DNA from: Candidatus Omnitrophota bacterium
GTDB taxonomy: Bacteria > Omnitrophota > Gorgyraeia > Gygaellales > Profunditerraquicolaceae
Length of the DNA stretch: 64,000 nt
Reading direction: 5' to 3'
NCBI GenBank assembly: GCA_011620275.1
Contig: WOZK01000031.1
Coordinates: forward strand, 23,479-87,478
Part shown: in pieces, positions 8,594-18,500 of the stretch
Layout of the letters: every line of letters starts with the position of its first letter
Numbering within the stretch: position 1 is the first letter of the stretch
Program-made: the position numbers and the translations under genes
The notes under the pieces: generated by a model
Seen by the model: the letters and a program-made list of their open reading frames with translations, nothing else
Told to the model about the DNA's origin: nothing
Databases searched by the model: none

Positions 8594-10276
8594 ATGAACC
8601 TGAAAAAAGTCTCCGTTTATGTAAAGTTAAACTGGATAAAGCTGCTGCTGGTCCTGCTGGCAGTAACCGTGCTAACTCTAACCGTGTTCGCCCTGATAGT
8701 CGGAATGAAGGCGATGACAGGGCTGGAATCGTTCTATAAACAAATGCAGCTTTCCATGATCCCGCTGCAGTTATTCATAGCCGTAGTCACCGCTTTCGTC
8801 TTCGCCTCCATCTATACGGTATTTCACTACTGGTTCTTTTTTGCCGGGGGGATGACTAAACTCGGGCAGAAAAAGATAAAAAGCGTGGAAGTGAACGTGA
8901 AATGGGTTGAAGTCATCGGCATGGATGAAGTAAAACGGGAGGCCTGGGAAGTAGTGCAGTTATTAAAAGACCGCACTAAACTGCAGCGCGTGGGTGGGCA
9001 GATCGTAAAGGGGATACTGCTTTCCGGGCCGCCGGGATGCGGAAAAACCTATCTGGCCAAAGCAATAGCCACGGAAGTGCAGATGCCGTTCCTTTCAGTG
9101 GTAGGCAGCGAGCTTGAAGGCATCATCGTCGGTCTGGGGGCGGCAAAAATTCGTTCGCTGTTCAAAGAAGCCCGCGCCCTGGCGGAATTGCACGGCGGAT
9201 GCATAATATTCATCGACGAAATAGATTCGGTAGCCAGGCCGAGGAGAGATGATGCCGGCTTCGGCGGACAGATGAGCGCGAACGCTGCGGTCAACCAGCT
9301 GCTCACGGAGCTGGACGGGCTGCGCAAGAAAGAAAACAACCTTGTAGTGATCGGGGCCACCAATGTGGATGAAAAAGACCTCGACCAGGCGCTGATGCGC
9401 GCCGGACGTTTCGACAGAAAAATATACATAGGACTGCCCGGGCTCAAAGACAGAGAACAGCTTTTCGAATTCTATCTTAAAAAGGTGCGCTGCGGAAGCG
9501 ACATAAGTATAGGACAGCTGGCGCGCAAGGCGGTTTACAAAAGCCCCGCCGACATAAACAACATCGTGCGGGAGGCCGGGATAATCGCCATCCGCAAACA
9601 CAAGGACAGCATAGGCATGGCCGAGATAAACGAAGCTATGGAAAGAATAGACATGGGCTTGAGAAAATCGCTGGAGCTCAGCCCGGCGGAGAAAGAACAA
9701 GTCGCCTATCATGAAGCCGGGCATGCCATCACCGCGTACCTGCTCCATCCCACCGACGACGTATTCAAAGCCACCATCATCCCGCGCACCGTCGGCTTCC
9801 TCGGCTACGTCTATCACCGTTCGAAGGAAGAAATGCACATACACAACAAGGAATATTACCTGGCCAATATAAAGGTGGCGCTGGGTTCTTACGCCGCGGA
9901 GATGCTGAAATTCCGCACGACCACTTCGGGGGTCGGAGAAGACATGCTTCAGGCGGCTTTCTGGGCCTATAATATGGTCTGGTGCTGGGGTATGGGTTCT
10001 TCCGGAATGAAAGGCAATTTCAAGGAATTGAGCAAAAACTTTTCTTCTTCCGCGTGGCCGCAGATAAGCTTTATTTCGGAGAAGACCAAGGAAAGGCTGG
10101 ACGACGACGTACAAAGCATACTTTTCCAGTGCCTGCAGGAAGTGGAAGAGCTGTTAAAGAAAGAGTCCGCCCTGCTTGACCGCTTCGCCGGGGAACTGGT
10201 CGCCAAAGAAGAACTGGATTTCGACCAGATAGAAGCGATATTCAAGGAATGCGGGAAAGAACGGACAAGAAAATGA
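8594..10276 (+). CDS. ftsH: FtsH-like ATP-dependent zinc metalloprotease (AAA+ plus M41) with a very short periplasmic loop
   Basis: Walker A is GPPGCGKT and Walker B is IIFIDEIDS. The second region of homology is GATNVDEKDLDQALMRAGRFDRKIYIGLP. The zinc-binding site is HEAGHAITAY. There are two N-terminal TM helices separated by only about 15 residues. A GGAGGA SD sequence precedes the ATG. Confidence 0.75.
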   Translation: MNLKKVSVYVKLNWIKLLLVLLAVTVLTLTVFALIVGMKAMTGLESFYKQMQLSMIPLQLFIAVVTAFVFASIYTVFHYWFFFAGGMTKLGQKKIKSVEVNVKWVEVIGMDEVKREAWEVVQLLKDRTKLQRVGGQIVKGILLSGPPGCGKTYLAKAIATEVQMPFLSVVGSELEGIIVGLGAAKIRSLFKEARALAELHGGCIIFIDEIDSVARPRRDDAGFGGQMSANAAVNQLLTELDGLRKKENNLVVIGATNVDEKDLDQALMRAGRFDRKIYIGLPGLKDREQLFEFYLKKVRCGSDISIGQLARKAVYKSPADINNIVREAGIIAIRKHKDSIGMAEINEAMERIDMGLRKSLELSPAEKEQVAYHEAGHAITAYLLHPTDDVFKATIIPRTVGFLGYVYHRSKEEMHIHNKEYYLANIKVALGSYAAEMLKFRTTTSGVGEDMLQAAFWAYNMVWCWGMGSSGMKGNFKELSKNFSSSAWPQISFISEKTKERLDDDVQSILFQCLQEVEELLKKESALLDRFAGELVAKEELDFDQIEAIFKECGKERTRK

Positions 10277-11100
10277 AACGCCTTCCCGCGGCACTCCTGT
10301 CTTTCTTGGTTGCCTCTGTTCTATGCGGATGCTTTTCTCTGCAGCCTACTTATACGAAAGAAAAAGCCGCCGAAGCGGTGATCGCCCTCTGCCGCAACGA
10401 ATACGGCCTGAAAGTAAACGCCTGGCTATCCGGAGACACCCTCTACGTTTACCTGCCGGTGGCATCGCTGACGACCACGGATAAGGAATTGGCCGGCGTA
10501 ATACAAAAGAATATTAACCGCCTCGTGGTCTCCGCCACCAGAGTCTGCCTGAGCATGAACCCGCGGGTGGAATTCTTGGTAATCGCCGTTACCGACACCG
10601 GACAGCACGGGATAGAATACAGGAACGTAAATTACGTCACGGACCTGGTCAAACTGCAGTGTAACGCGATTTCCAGGAATGATTTCGCCGCGCGCAGTAT
10701 AATTTCGATAACGCAGAACCCGCTGGGCGTGGGAGACGAGGAAGGTAAATACATCCTGAAGGAGCCTGTCAGGAAAGAGGACTTTATCTGCTCCCTCATA
10801 GCGCAAAAGATAAGCTACTCTGCGGCACAACAGCATCCGAACGCGGCGGCCGGACCGCCTAAAGCGGCGGAAGTAAGCCTAAAGGACCGCTATCTGGAGA
10901 TCAATCTGTTGCAACCTGCCTCAGGAACGGCGGCCGGGCTCAAAGAAACGGCATTGGCCGCCGCGGCCTGGGTGGTCAATGAATACGATTTTCACGATTT
11001 CGACACGCTGAAACTATCTGGCCCGCCGCCGGATAACGCCGAATCGGAATTCAGCCGCAAAGCCCTACTCTCACATCCGCAAGAAGTAAACCGCAAATGA
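10273..11100 (+). CDS. Hypothetical lipoprotein
   Basis: Its start overlaps the ftsH stop in an ATGA arrangement. The N-terminus MKRLPAALLSFLVASVLCGCFS carries a lipobox. There are no recognisable domains. Confidence 0.5.
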   Translation: MKRLPAALLSFLVASVLCGCFSLQPTYTKEKAAEAVIALCRNEYGLKVNAWLSGDTLYVYLPVASLTTTDKELAGVIQKNINRLVVSATRVCLSMNPRVEFLVIAVTDTGQHGIEYRNVNYVTDLVKLQCNAISRNDFAARSIISITQNPLGVGDEEGKYILKEPVRKEDFICSLIAQKISYSAAQQHPNAAAGPPKAAEVSLKDRYLEINLLQPASGTAAGLKETALAAAAWVVNEYDFHDFDTLKLSGPPPDNAESEFSRKALLSHPQEVNRK

Positions 11101-11110
11101 AATCCGCGAA

Positions 11111-11719
11111 TCAATAAGATATCTTTCTGCCTTTTACGCGCAAGCGTCCGCGCAGTAAAAGATCTATCGCCAGCGGATAAATGCGGTGCTCTGCCTTATG
11201 TATTCTTTTCTCAAGTCCGGCCAAGGTATCATTCCTGCCGATCTTAACTTCTTCCTGCATTATTATCGGGCCGTGGTCGGTCTTCTCATCTACGAAATGC
11301 ACGGTCACTCCGGTAACCTTGGCACCGTATTCGAAGGCGTCGCGTATCGCGTGAGCCCCTTTAAAAGAAGGAAGCAGAGAAGGGTGGATATTGATTATCC
11401 GGTTACGGTAACGTCTGACGAACGAAGGACTGAGTATGCGCATGAACCCGGCCAGAACTACCAGGTCTACGCGGCCGCGGCGCAGAGCGTAAAGGACCTC
11501 TGCCTCGAACAACTCACGGGAAGAAAAATCTCCGCGGGAGACAATCAAAGTCCTTATCCCGGCCCGGGCCGCCTTTTCGATGACCGGCGCCGCCGGATTG
11601 TCGCAAAGCAAAAACGCGATCTCCGCTTTAATCAACCCGCTCTTTACCGCTTTCACTATGGCGAGGGAATTGCTCCCCGTGCCGGAAGCGAATACGGCAA
11701 TCCTGGCTTTCCTTTTCAT
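11111..11719 (-). CDS. purN: Phosphoribosylglycinamide formyltransferase
   Basis: The N-terminus is IAVFASGTGSNSLAIV. The motifs NIHPSLLPSFKG and a formyltransferase-type Asp are present. Length is about 200 aa. Confidence 0.8.
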   Translation of the reverse strand: MKRKARIAVFASGTGSNSLAIVKAVKSGLIKAEIAFLLCDNPAAPVIEKAARAGIRTLIVSRGDFSSRELFEAEVLYALRRGRVDLVVLAGFMRILSPSFVRRYRNRIINIHPSLLPSFKGAHAIRDAFEYGAKVTGVTVHFVDEKTDHGPIIMQEEVKIGRNDTLAGLEKRIHKAEHRIYPLAIDLLLRGRLRVKGRKISY

Positions 11720-11739
11720 AAACCGCTCCTCAAACCCGC

Positions 11740-12528
11740 TTACAAAACGGCTATCGCTTTAACCGGACAGACCTCGACGCACTCCATGCACGAAATACAT
11801 TTAGCGCAGTCTATGACCGCCAGATTATTTTCCACTTTTATCGCCCCGTATTTGCAGGTTTTCTCGCAGCGTCTGCAGGCAATGCAGGCAGACTGACAGT
11901 ATCCGCGCTTAACCGCGGCGGTATCGAGAGAACGACACGCCACGAAGACCTTTTGTTCTTGCGTCCGGAGCGAAAACAGGTGTTTGGGACAAACGCTGAC
12001 GCACTTACCGCAGGCGCGGCATTTATTCTTATCCACGCACGGCAGGCCGTCTTTTCCCATGCTGATCGCGCTGAAAGGACAAACCGTCACGCATGTCCCC
12101 AGGCCTATGCAACCGTAGGGACATTCTTTCGGCCCGCCGAGTAGGGCGACCGCGGCCCGGCAATCCTTTAAACCGGAGTAAATGTATCTTTCCGCTACTT
12201 TCGCTCCGCCGCGGCAATGCAGCACCACGGTCCTCTTGAGGGATTTATCCAGCTTTTTGCCGAGGATGGCCGCTATCTCCCGCTTAACGCTTTCGTCGCC
12301 GGCCCGGCAGGCATCCGGGGAAAGCTCGCCCTTAAGAACGGCCTCGGCGAAACCGAAGCAACCGGCGGCGCCGCAGGCCCCGCAATTAGCCCCCGGCAGC
12401 AGCCCCATTATTTTTTCCAGGCGCAGGTCGGTATTATGCACGGCCAGCTTGCGCGAGGCGAAAGCCAGACCCGCCCCGAACAGCGCTCCGAGCGCCCCCA
12501 GTGTTAAAACCGCCACCAGTATAGACAT
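11740..12528 (-). CDS. rnfB: Rnf electron transport complex subunit B
   Basis: It has an N-terminal TM helix. The RnfB signature is GANCGACGAAGCFGFAEAV. Four CxxCxxCxxxCP ferredoxin motifs are present. Confidence 0.8.
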   Translation of the reverse strand: MSILVAVLTLGALGALFGAGLAFASRKLAVHNTDLRLEKIMGLLPGANCGACGAAGCFGFAEAVLKGELSPDACRAGDESVKREIAAILGKKLDKSLKRTVVLHCRGGAKVAERYIYSGLKDCRAAVALLGGPKECPYGCIGLGTCVTVCPFSAISMGKDGLPCVDKNKCRACGKCVSVCPKHLFSLRTQEQKVFVACRSLDTAAVKRGYCQSACIACRRCEKTCKYGAIKVENNLAVIDCAKCISCMECVEVCPVKAIAVL

Positions 12529-12546
12529 AACTCTATTCCCTCCGGG

Positions 12547-13155
12547 TCAGAACCTGAACCCGTTAAAACCCATGAACGAAAGGCTCATCAGCGAAGCTGT
12601 GACGAAAGCAATGGGGAATTCCCGCACCGCCTCCGGCACGCGCGAATATTCCAGTCTCTCCCTTATGGCGGACATCAAAAGCATCGCCAGCGTATAGCCG
12701 ATGCCGACGCATACGCCCTGAAAGATGGAGAAAATGAAACTACCCGGTAGGGGTTTTCCCTTACTGAAGAACATGTCGGTGTTAAGCACGGCTACGCCCA
12801 GAACGGCGCAATTTACGGTGATCAACGGCAGGTAAATTCCAAACATGCGGTAAAGCGCGGGCATGAATTTGCGGACTACCATCTCCACCAGCTGAACGCA
12901 GGAGGCTATAACCAGTATGAAAGAAATTGTTCGCAGATAAGCAAGATCGAAAGGTATCAAAAGGTAATTATAGACCACCCAGGTGATCGCCGAAGACATG
13001 ACGATGACGAAAAACACCGCTGAACTCATTGCCAGAGCCGGACGGGTCTCCTTGGAAATGGCGATGAAGGAGCACAATCCCAGGAAACGCGAGAGGATGA
13101 CGTTGGAAACGAAAATGCTGGAAATAAATATCGCCAGAAAATGTCCCGCGTTCAT
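12547..13155 (-). CDS. rnfA: Rnf complex subunit A
   Basis: The N-terminus VSNVILSRFLGLCSF is present, with YLRTISFILVIA and LPLITVNCAVLGVAVLN; it matches RsxA along its full length. Confidence 0.85.
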   Translation of the reverse strand: MNAGHFLAIFISSIFVSNVILSRFLGLCSFIAISKETRPALAMSSAVFFVIVMSSAITWVVYNYLLIPFDLAYLRTISFILVIASCVQLVEMVVRKFMPALYRMFGIYLPLITVNCAVLGVAVLNTDMFFSKGKPLPGSFIFSIFQGVCVGIGYTLAMLLMSAIRERLEYSRVPEAVREFPIAFVTASLMSLSFMGFNGFRF

Positions 13156-13742
13156 TCCCTCCTCCCCTTCAACAGATTAAAGAACCCCAACATCCCGCCT
13201 ATGACCAGAAGCGCTCCCGGAGGCAACGCCATCATCAGCGCCGGTTGAAAACCGGGCAAGATTGTATACCCAAGCAGCTGTCCAGAACCGAGCAATTCCC
13301 TGACCGCGGATATAAGCGCCAGTCCCAGAGTGAACCCGACGCCCATCCCGAGAGCGTCTACGAGCGAAGCGGGCAGCGTCCGGTGTGAAGCGAAGGCCTC
13401 GGCTCTGCCGAGCACCACGCAGTTTACCACTATCAACGAGACATATATACCCAGGGCCCTGTTCAACGCGGGGCTGTAGGCCTTCATCACCAATTCGGCG
13501 ATGGTCACGAAAGTGGCGATGACGATAATGAAACACGGTATGCGTATCTTGTCCGGCACGGCCTTCTTTATTAAAGATACGATGCAATTGGAGCCAACCA
13601 GCACGAAGGTGGCTGCCGCACCCATACCCAGCGCGTTCTTTACCGAAGTGGATACGGCCAGCACCGGGCAGAGGCCTAGTGCGAGGACAAAAATAGGGTT
13701 CTGTTTTATTATCCCTTTCAGGAACTCCGGTAACAGCTTCAT
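13152..13742 (-). CDS. rnfE: Rnf complex subunit E
   Basis: The start was moved to the internal ATG at 13742, which overlaps the rnfD stop as ATGA. The N-terminus is MKLLPEFLKGIIKQNPIFVLALGLCPVLAVSTSVKNALGMG. Confidence 0.8.
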   Translation of the reverse strand: MKLLPEFLKGIIKQNPIFVLALGLCPVLAVSTSVKNALGMGAAATFVLVGSNCIVSLIKKAVPDKIRIPCFIIVIATFVTIAELVMKAYSPALNRALGIYVSLIVVNCVVLGRAEAFASHRTLPASLVDALGMGVGFTLGLALISAVRELLGSGQLLGYTILPGFQPALMMALPPGALLVIGGMLGFFNLLKGRRE

Positions 13743-14686
13743 CTCATCTTCCCCGTGCCGTAAATACGCCCGCGGGTGTACCTGTCGATAAATGGAGAAA
13801 CCGCGTTCATCATCAAGATGGCGTAACATGTCCCTTCCGGATATCCTCCCCACAGCCGGATAACCGCCGTTAACAGACCGCATCCCGTACCATAGATCAA
13901 CTGTCCTTGGGCGGTCAAAGGCGATGTCACGTAATCAGTCGCCATGTAAAAGGCACCCAGCACCAGCCCGCCGGAAAGCAGATAAAACAACCAATCCCCG
14001 CTGAACAGCCCGGAAGGTCCGAAAACATAATGAAGTATCCCTGTGGTAAAGAGATAGGAAACCGGAATATGCCAGGTTATATATCCTTTCAAAAAAAGGA
14101 AAACCGCACCTGCCAGCAGCCCTACCACGCACACCTCACCTATACACCCCCCTTTGTTCCCCAGGAAAAGATCCAGATAAGAATACACCTGCCGGAGATG
14201 CCCCTCCTTCAACGCCGACAACGGGGTGGCGGAAGCAACGGCGTCGAAACCCGGAGCCCGAAAAGAAGTCATGTAAGCCGGCCAGGACGCCATAAGGAAG
14301 GCCCTTGCCGCGAGGGCCGGATTGAATATGTTCTGTCCCAACCCTCCGAAAATCTGTTTGCCTACGGCGATTGCGAAAAAGGAACCTACTGCCGGCATCC
14401 ACAGCGGCACGCCGGACGGCAGGTTATACGCCAGAAGCAGTCCGGTAAGAAAAGCGCTGCCGTCTAACAAGGTAACCTGTCTGCGCGTCATTTTTTGCAA
14501 CAGCCATTCCGTGGCCAGCGCTGCCGCGACCGCTGTCCCTATTACTGCCAGGGCCGCATATCCGAAAAGATAGACCCCGGCCGCTCCGGCTGGAAGAAGC
14601 GCCAAACTGACGCCCCACATTATGCGCGCCGTGGATTGATGCGCATGCATATGCGGCGCCGCGGTTACTATAAGCTTATTTCCCAT
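13739..14686 (-). CDS. rnfD: Rnf complex subunit D
   Basis: The N-terminus is VTAAPHMHAHQSTARIMWGVSLALLP. It is a polytopic membrane protein of the NQR2/RnfD family. Confidence 0.85.
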   Translation of the reverse strand: MGNKLIVTAAPHMHAHQSTARIMWGVSLALLPAGAAGVYLFGYAALAVIGTAVAAALATEWLLQKMTRRQVTLLDGSAFLTGLLLAYNLPSGVPLWMPAVGSFFAIAVGKQIFGGLGQNIFNPALAARAFLMASWPAYMTSFRAPGFDAVASATPLSALKEGHLRQVYSYLDLFLGNKGGCIGEVCVVGLLAGAVFLFLKGYITWHIPVSYLFTTGILHYVFGPSGLFSGDWLFYLLSGGLVLGAFYMATDYVTSPLTAQGQLIYGTGCGLLTAVIRLWGGYPEGTCYAILMMNAVSPFIDRYTRGRIYGTGKMR

Positions 14687-15200
14687 TACGTAAAGCCTCC
14701 CTTACTTCGGCCGCTTTCAGGTCTATGGAAGAGCTGACCGCCCGCGAAGAAATAGTGGCCCCGGTTATCGCCTGCACCCCGGAAACCCGGGCCGCATCCA
14801 CGCCGCTGAACCTGCCTGTGAAAGATCCTTCCGCAACCTTGCTTCCCAATCCGGGGGTCTCGTTCTGGTTGAGGACTTTTATCGCTTTTATCTTCGCCTG
14901 GGCGTCCATACAAACCATAGTCTCTATCATGCCGGAATACCCCTTACCCACGGCTTTGAACAACACGCTTAGTAACTTGCCGTTTTTATCATAAGCCCTG
15001 TAGAAGAAGACCGTATCCCCTTTAAGCACCGGTGTGAAAACCGCGGCTTCAGGTTGCAGTCCCTTCAATGCCGCTTCCTCCTCCAGACCAGCCTGCGCCG
15101 CGATACGCGAAGCGGTGACGGCGTTGACCGCCGCAAGCAGACCTCCGGCCGATAATGCTATAAAGCCCAAAATGAACGCGGACCTTAAGATATCTTTCAT
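14676..15200 (-). CDS. rnfG: Rnf complex subunit G (FMN-binding)
   Basis: The start was moved to the ATG at 15200, which overlaps the rnfC stop as ATGA. It has an N-terminal TM anchor. The FMN-attachment motif is ITGATISSRAV. Confidence 0.8.
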   Translation of the reverse strand: MKDILRSAFILGFIALSAGGLLAAVNAVTASRIAAQAGLEEEAALKGLQPEAAVFTPVLKGDTVFFYRAYDKNGKLLSVLFKAVGKGYSGMIETMVCMDAQAKIKAIKVLNQNETPGLGSKVAEGSFTGRFSGVDAARVSGVQAITGATISSRAVSSSIDLKAAEVREALRNGK

Positions 15201-16468
15201 CTGGCGGCCTCCGCTTTGGCTTTCTTTATATATTGTACCAGCCTGCGGTTCGCCGGACATACATATGCGCACGCCCCGCATTCCAAACAATCGGCCAACC
15301 CGTGCCGTTTAGCTTCTTCCAACATCCCTTTTTCGGCCGCCGCCCCCAGCATACAAGGAAGCAACCCGGTGGAACAGACGCGCACGCATCTGCCGCAGCG
15401 TATACAGGCGCTCTCTTCCAGGATACGGCCGCTTTTCTCCCCCAGCACCAACACCCCGCTGGTGGTTTTGATCACCGGGACATCGATCCCGGCCTGGGTT
15501 ATGCCCATCATCGGCCCACCTATGATTATCCTACGCGGTTCTTCTTTAAGCGGACCGCAGAAGGAAATCAGCGCGGATATCGGCGTGCCTGTCCGGACCA
15601 GTAAGTTTGCCGGATTCGACAGGCAATCCCCGGTGACGGTAACCACTCTTTCATAAAGCGGCTTACCGAGAAAAACCGCTTCATAAGCGGCGAACACTGT
15701 GGCCACGTTCTGCACGACGGCGCCGGCTTCAAACGGCAGTTTGCCGCGCGGAACCTCTCTGCCCAGCACGCTTTTAATCAACTGTTTTTCCCCACCCTGG
15801 GGATAAAAAGACCTTAATTTCTTAACCCTCAGCGGACCGGAGGCTTTGGCCAGTAAAAGTTCAACCGCCCTGGGCTTATTGTCCTCAACGGCTATGCATA
15901 TATCCTCGGCCCCCAGTATGCGACCCAACAGCAACGCCCCTTTAATGATCTCGTCGCTTTTCTCCAGCATCAAGCGGTAATCGGAAGTCAGATACGGTTC
16001 GCACTCGGCGCCGTTAACGATCAAAGTCCTCACACGGACCGGAGGTTTAAGCTTGAGGAAAGAAGGAAAACCCGCGCCTCCCATACCTACCAGGCCGGCG
16101 TCGCGTATTATATCGAGAAGTTCCTCCGGTTGCAAAGAGTCCACGTCACGCGCTTCGCGCGCCCGGAAAGCGTAAGAATCAGGCAGCCGCGTCTCTATTA
16201 CCGCCGCGCTGCACCTGCCGAGCACGGGGTGCGCGCAGGTTTCGATTGAAGAAACCGTGCCGGTCACGGAAGAATGAACTGCCGCCGACGGCATGGCCCC
16301 GGCGGAGGCTATCCGCTGTCCGGTAATGACTTTATCGCCCGGCTTAACCTCAAGCAGGCCAAGCTTGCCTAAATGCTGGCAGAACGGGATGAACATCTTT
16401 TCCGGCGGGGGCAGGACCGTTATTTTCTTATCTTCGGTGGCTTCTTTGCGATGCTCTAATTTAACCAT
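15197..16468 (-). CDS. rnfC: Rnf complex subunit C (NADH-binding, two [4Fe-4S] clusters)
   Basis: The motif GMGGAGFPSFLK is present. Two ferredoxin motifs are present: CIRCGRCVRVCSTGLLP and CLECGACAYVCPANRRL. Confidence 0.85.
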   Translation of the reverse strand: MVKLEHRKEATEDKKITVLPPPEKMFIPFCQHLGKLGLLEVKPGDKVITGQRIASAGAMPSAAVHSSVTGTVSSIETCAHPVLGRCSAAVIETRLPDSYAFRAREARDVDSLQPEELLDIIRDAGLVGMGGAGFPSFLKLKPPVRVRTLIVNGAECEPYLTSDYRLMLEKSDEIIKGALLLGRILGAEDICIAVEDNKPRAVELLLAKASGPLRVKKLRSFYPQGGEKQLIKSVLGREVPRGKLPFEAGAVVQNVATVFAAYEAVFLGKPLYERVVTVTGDCLSNPANLLVRTGTPISALISFCGPLKEEPRRIIIGGPMMGITQAGIDVPVIKTTSGVLVLGEKSGRILEESACIRCGRCVRVCSTGLLPCMLGAAAEKGMLEEAKRHGLADCLECGACAYVCPANRRLVQYIKKAKAEAAR

Positions 16469-17718
16469 GCGGCCATTCTTTTGTAAAAGATATTCGCCAG
16501 CCCGGTCAGCGCGAAGGCGCAGCCGACAACGGAAATGATGAATACCTCCGGAAGCCTTTCGGCTATCTTACTGCTTAAAAGCATGAAAATAAGGAACCCC
16601 GCGTGCATGATTATTTCCATCGCGCTGAATACCTTGCCGCGCATCTGGCTGTCGCTGACTCTGTGTATTATAGTGTTGGAGGCGATCATGATAGGGGAGA
16701 TGCACAAACCCAGAAGCAGCGCCAGACTTGCCGCCACATTGAAAAAAGGATACCTCTGCAGCGTGAAGGCGAAAATTATCAATACGATCCCGACCGAAGC
16801 AAGGGAAATAAAGATCATTCTGTAATGCGATATTCTGGATCCGAAACGGCCATAGACCACCGAACCGAGAAAAAGACCCGCGCCCAGGAATACGATGAGG
16901 AAACCGATATCTTTGGTCGCAGAATGCAGAGTCTTCTGCACAAAGACTATCATCACCACGTAAAGAGCGCCCAGGGCCGCGGAAAGCGAAAAGATAAGCC
17001 CCACGGTGAAGCGTATATGCTTGTTTTTCAGGACGTATTTCCAGCTCTCTTTCAGTTCCTGCAGCACCGTCTTCTTAAAAATCTCCTCCATTTCCCTGAC
17101 GGGATGAGAAACCGCCTGCTCCCGCATTCTACTGCGGACCCCGGTGTAGATAAAGAAAATCAGGCCGGCGGAAAAAGCGAAACTAAGCGAATCTAGGAAA
17201 AAACCGCTCTCGGGACCGAGCCACTCCACCAAAAGCCCGCTTACGCCAAACCCGGCCACCGCGGCTATCATTCCTGTCATATTGGCGAGGGTATTGGCTA
17301 TCAGCAGCTGTTTTTTCTCCACGAGTTCAGGCAGTATCGCCATCTTGGCCGGGACAAAAAACCTGCCGATGCCGAAAATAACAAATATGACCGCATACAA
17401 GGGAAGTAAGTTGCTGTTGTGAAAGAAGAAAAGAGGGATTGTTAACACGAGGACCGCCCGCAGAAAATCGCATACGTACATCGTGCGGCGTTTGTCCCAG
17501 CGGTCAACGTAAACGCCTGCCAACGGCCCAACCACAAAAACCGGGAGGATCGTAAAGGACATTATTTTGGCGATCTGCATCGGGGAACCGGGGGCCTTGA
17601 GATATATCAACCCCAGTAAAGCCATCTGGTCCAGCCTATCTCCCAACTGTGAAACGATCTGGCCGAGCCAAAGCAGGAAGAAATTACGGTTTTTCAACAC
17701 CTGGGCGTATTCAGACAT
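16456..17718 (-). CDS. MFS transporter
   Basis: It has twelve predicted TM helices. The start was moved to the internal ATG at 17718 (MSEYAQVLKNRNFFLLWLGQIVSQLGDR) so that the gene does not overlap the tRNA. Confidence 0.65.
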   Translation of the reverse strand: MSEYAQVLKNRNFFLLWLGQIVSQLGDRLDQMALLGLIYLKAPGSPMQIAKIMSFTILPVFVVGPLAGVYVDRWDKRRTMYVCDFLRAVLVLTIPLFFFHNSNLLPLYAVIFVIFGIGRFFVPAKMAILPELVEKKQLLIANTLANMTGMIAAVAGFGVSGLLVEWLGPESGFFLDSLSFAFSAGLIFFIYTGVRSRMREQAVSHPVREMEEIFKKTVLQELKESWKYVLKNKHIRFTVGLIFSLSAALGALYVVMIVFVQKTLHSATKDIGFLIVFLGAGLFLGSVVYGRFGSRISHYRMIFISLASVGIVLIIFAFTLQRYPFFNVAASLALLLGLCISPIMIASNTIIHRVSDSQMRGKVFSAMEIIMHAGFLIFMLLSSKIAERLPEVFIISVVGCAFALTGLANIFYKRMAAWLN

Positions 17719-17811
17719 ATCCCGCTGTATAATATTATATATCCCCGGCGGCACCTCGGGTAAAGCCGGGAATCCTATTTGGGCTTTAACTTCCGCTTTC
17801 AGGGTTAAATA

Positions 17812-17887
17812 TGGAGCCGATGAGTGGATTTGAACCACCGGCCCGCGCTTTACGAAAGCGCTGCTCTACCAACTGAGCTACATCGGC
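17812..17887 (-). tRNA. tRNA-Thr (anticodon CGU) with encoded CCA
   Basis: The reverse complement is GCCGATGTAGCTCAGTTGGTAGAGCAGCGCTTTCGTAAAGCGCGGGCCGGTGGTTCAAATCCACTCATCGGCTCCA. The cloverleaf is recognisable: a 7-bp acceptor stem, a GCTC/GAGC D-stem, an anticodon loop TTCGTAA, and a GGTTCAAATCC T-loop. Confidence 0.8.
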
Positions 17888-18034
17888 GTAAAACGGCAAG
17901 TACCTATGCCCCTAAAGGGCGACAAGCTGCAAACCGGTATGATTATAACAGCTTTATCGGAATAGTCAACAGCGTGATATATGGATCGGGGAACGCGGGA
18001 AAAAATATGAGCATCCCTCTCTTATCACTCATAT

Positions 18035-18484
18035 TTATGAAGCCGTCAGCCGGGTCTTGACCATCTCGCTGACCTGGCGGGCGTCTGCCGAAGCGCCGGT
18101 CCTGGAGGTCACTTCTTTCATTACCCGGCCCATATCTTTAAGCCCGGAGGCGCCTAGAGAAGTTATGCTCTCTTCTATTATACGCGAGAGGTCGGCAGCG
18201 GACAACTGCGGCGGCAGATAATCTTTCAATATTAAACTCTCTTTTTCTTCCTTGTCGGCGAGGTCCGGGCGGTTCCCCTGCCTGAACTGCTGTATGGAAT
18301 CCTCCCGCCGCTTTATCTGTTTCTTTATCACCGCTATGCAGTCCGCATCGTCCAGCAAGTCCCTGCTCTTGCTCATCGCCACATTCTTGAGTTCAGCCCT
18401 GAGGAAACTCAAAACCGAGGATCTAAGACTATCCTTGCTTTTAAGGGCTTCTTTATAGTCGCTGAAAATCTTTTCTTCAAGCAT
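18035..18484 (-). CDS. GatB/YqeY domain protein
   Basis: It is 149 aa. The LSxxDLxxII-type C-terminal helix and an overall match to the YqeY family are present. Confidence 0.7.
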   Translation of the reverse strand: MLEEKIFSDYKEALKSKDSLRSSVLSFLRAELKNVAMSKSRDLLDDADCIAVIKKQIKRREDSIQQFRQGNRPDLADKEEKESLILKDYLPPQLSAADLSRIIEESITSLGASGLKDMGRVMKEVTSRTGASADARQVSEMVKTRLTAS

Positions 18485-18500
18485 GATTGACGCTCTCCTT

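Noticed and set aside
11131-11161. Bulged hairpin CTTTTACGCGC...GCGCAGTAAAAG between the convergent lipoprotein and purN genes as a bidirectional terminator
   Set aside because: It lies inside the last 15 codons of purN. It has a one-base bulge and is not followed by a T-run on either strand.
16456-17838. ORF-track N-terminal extensions that begin with TTG or GTG rather than ATG
   Set aside because: These affect the MFS transporter (where the extension overlaps the tRNA), birA, the TPR protein, sufC, lptE, murJ and uvrC. The extensions lack SD sequences and add non-conserved residues. Internal ATGs give canonical N-termini, signal peptides or ATGA coupling, so the starts were shortened.
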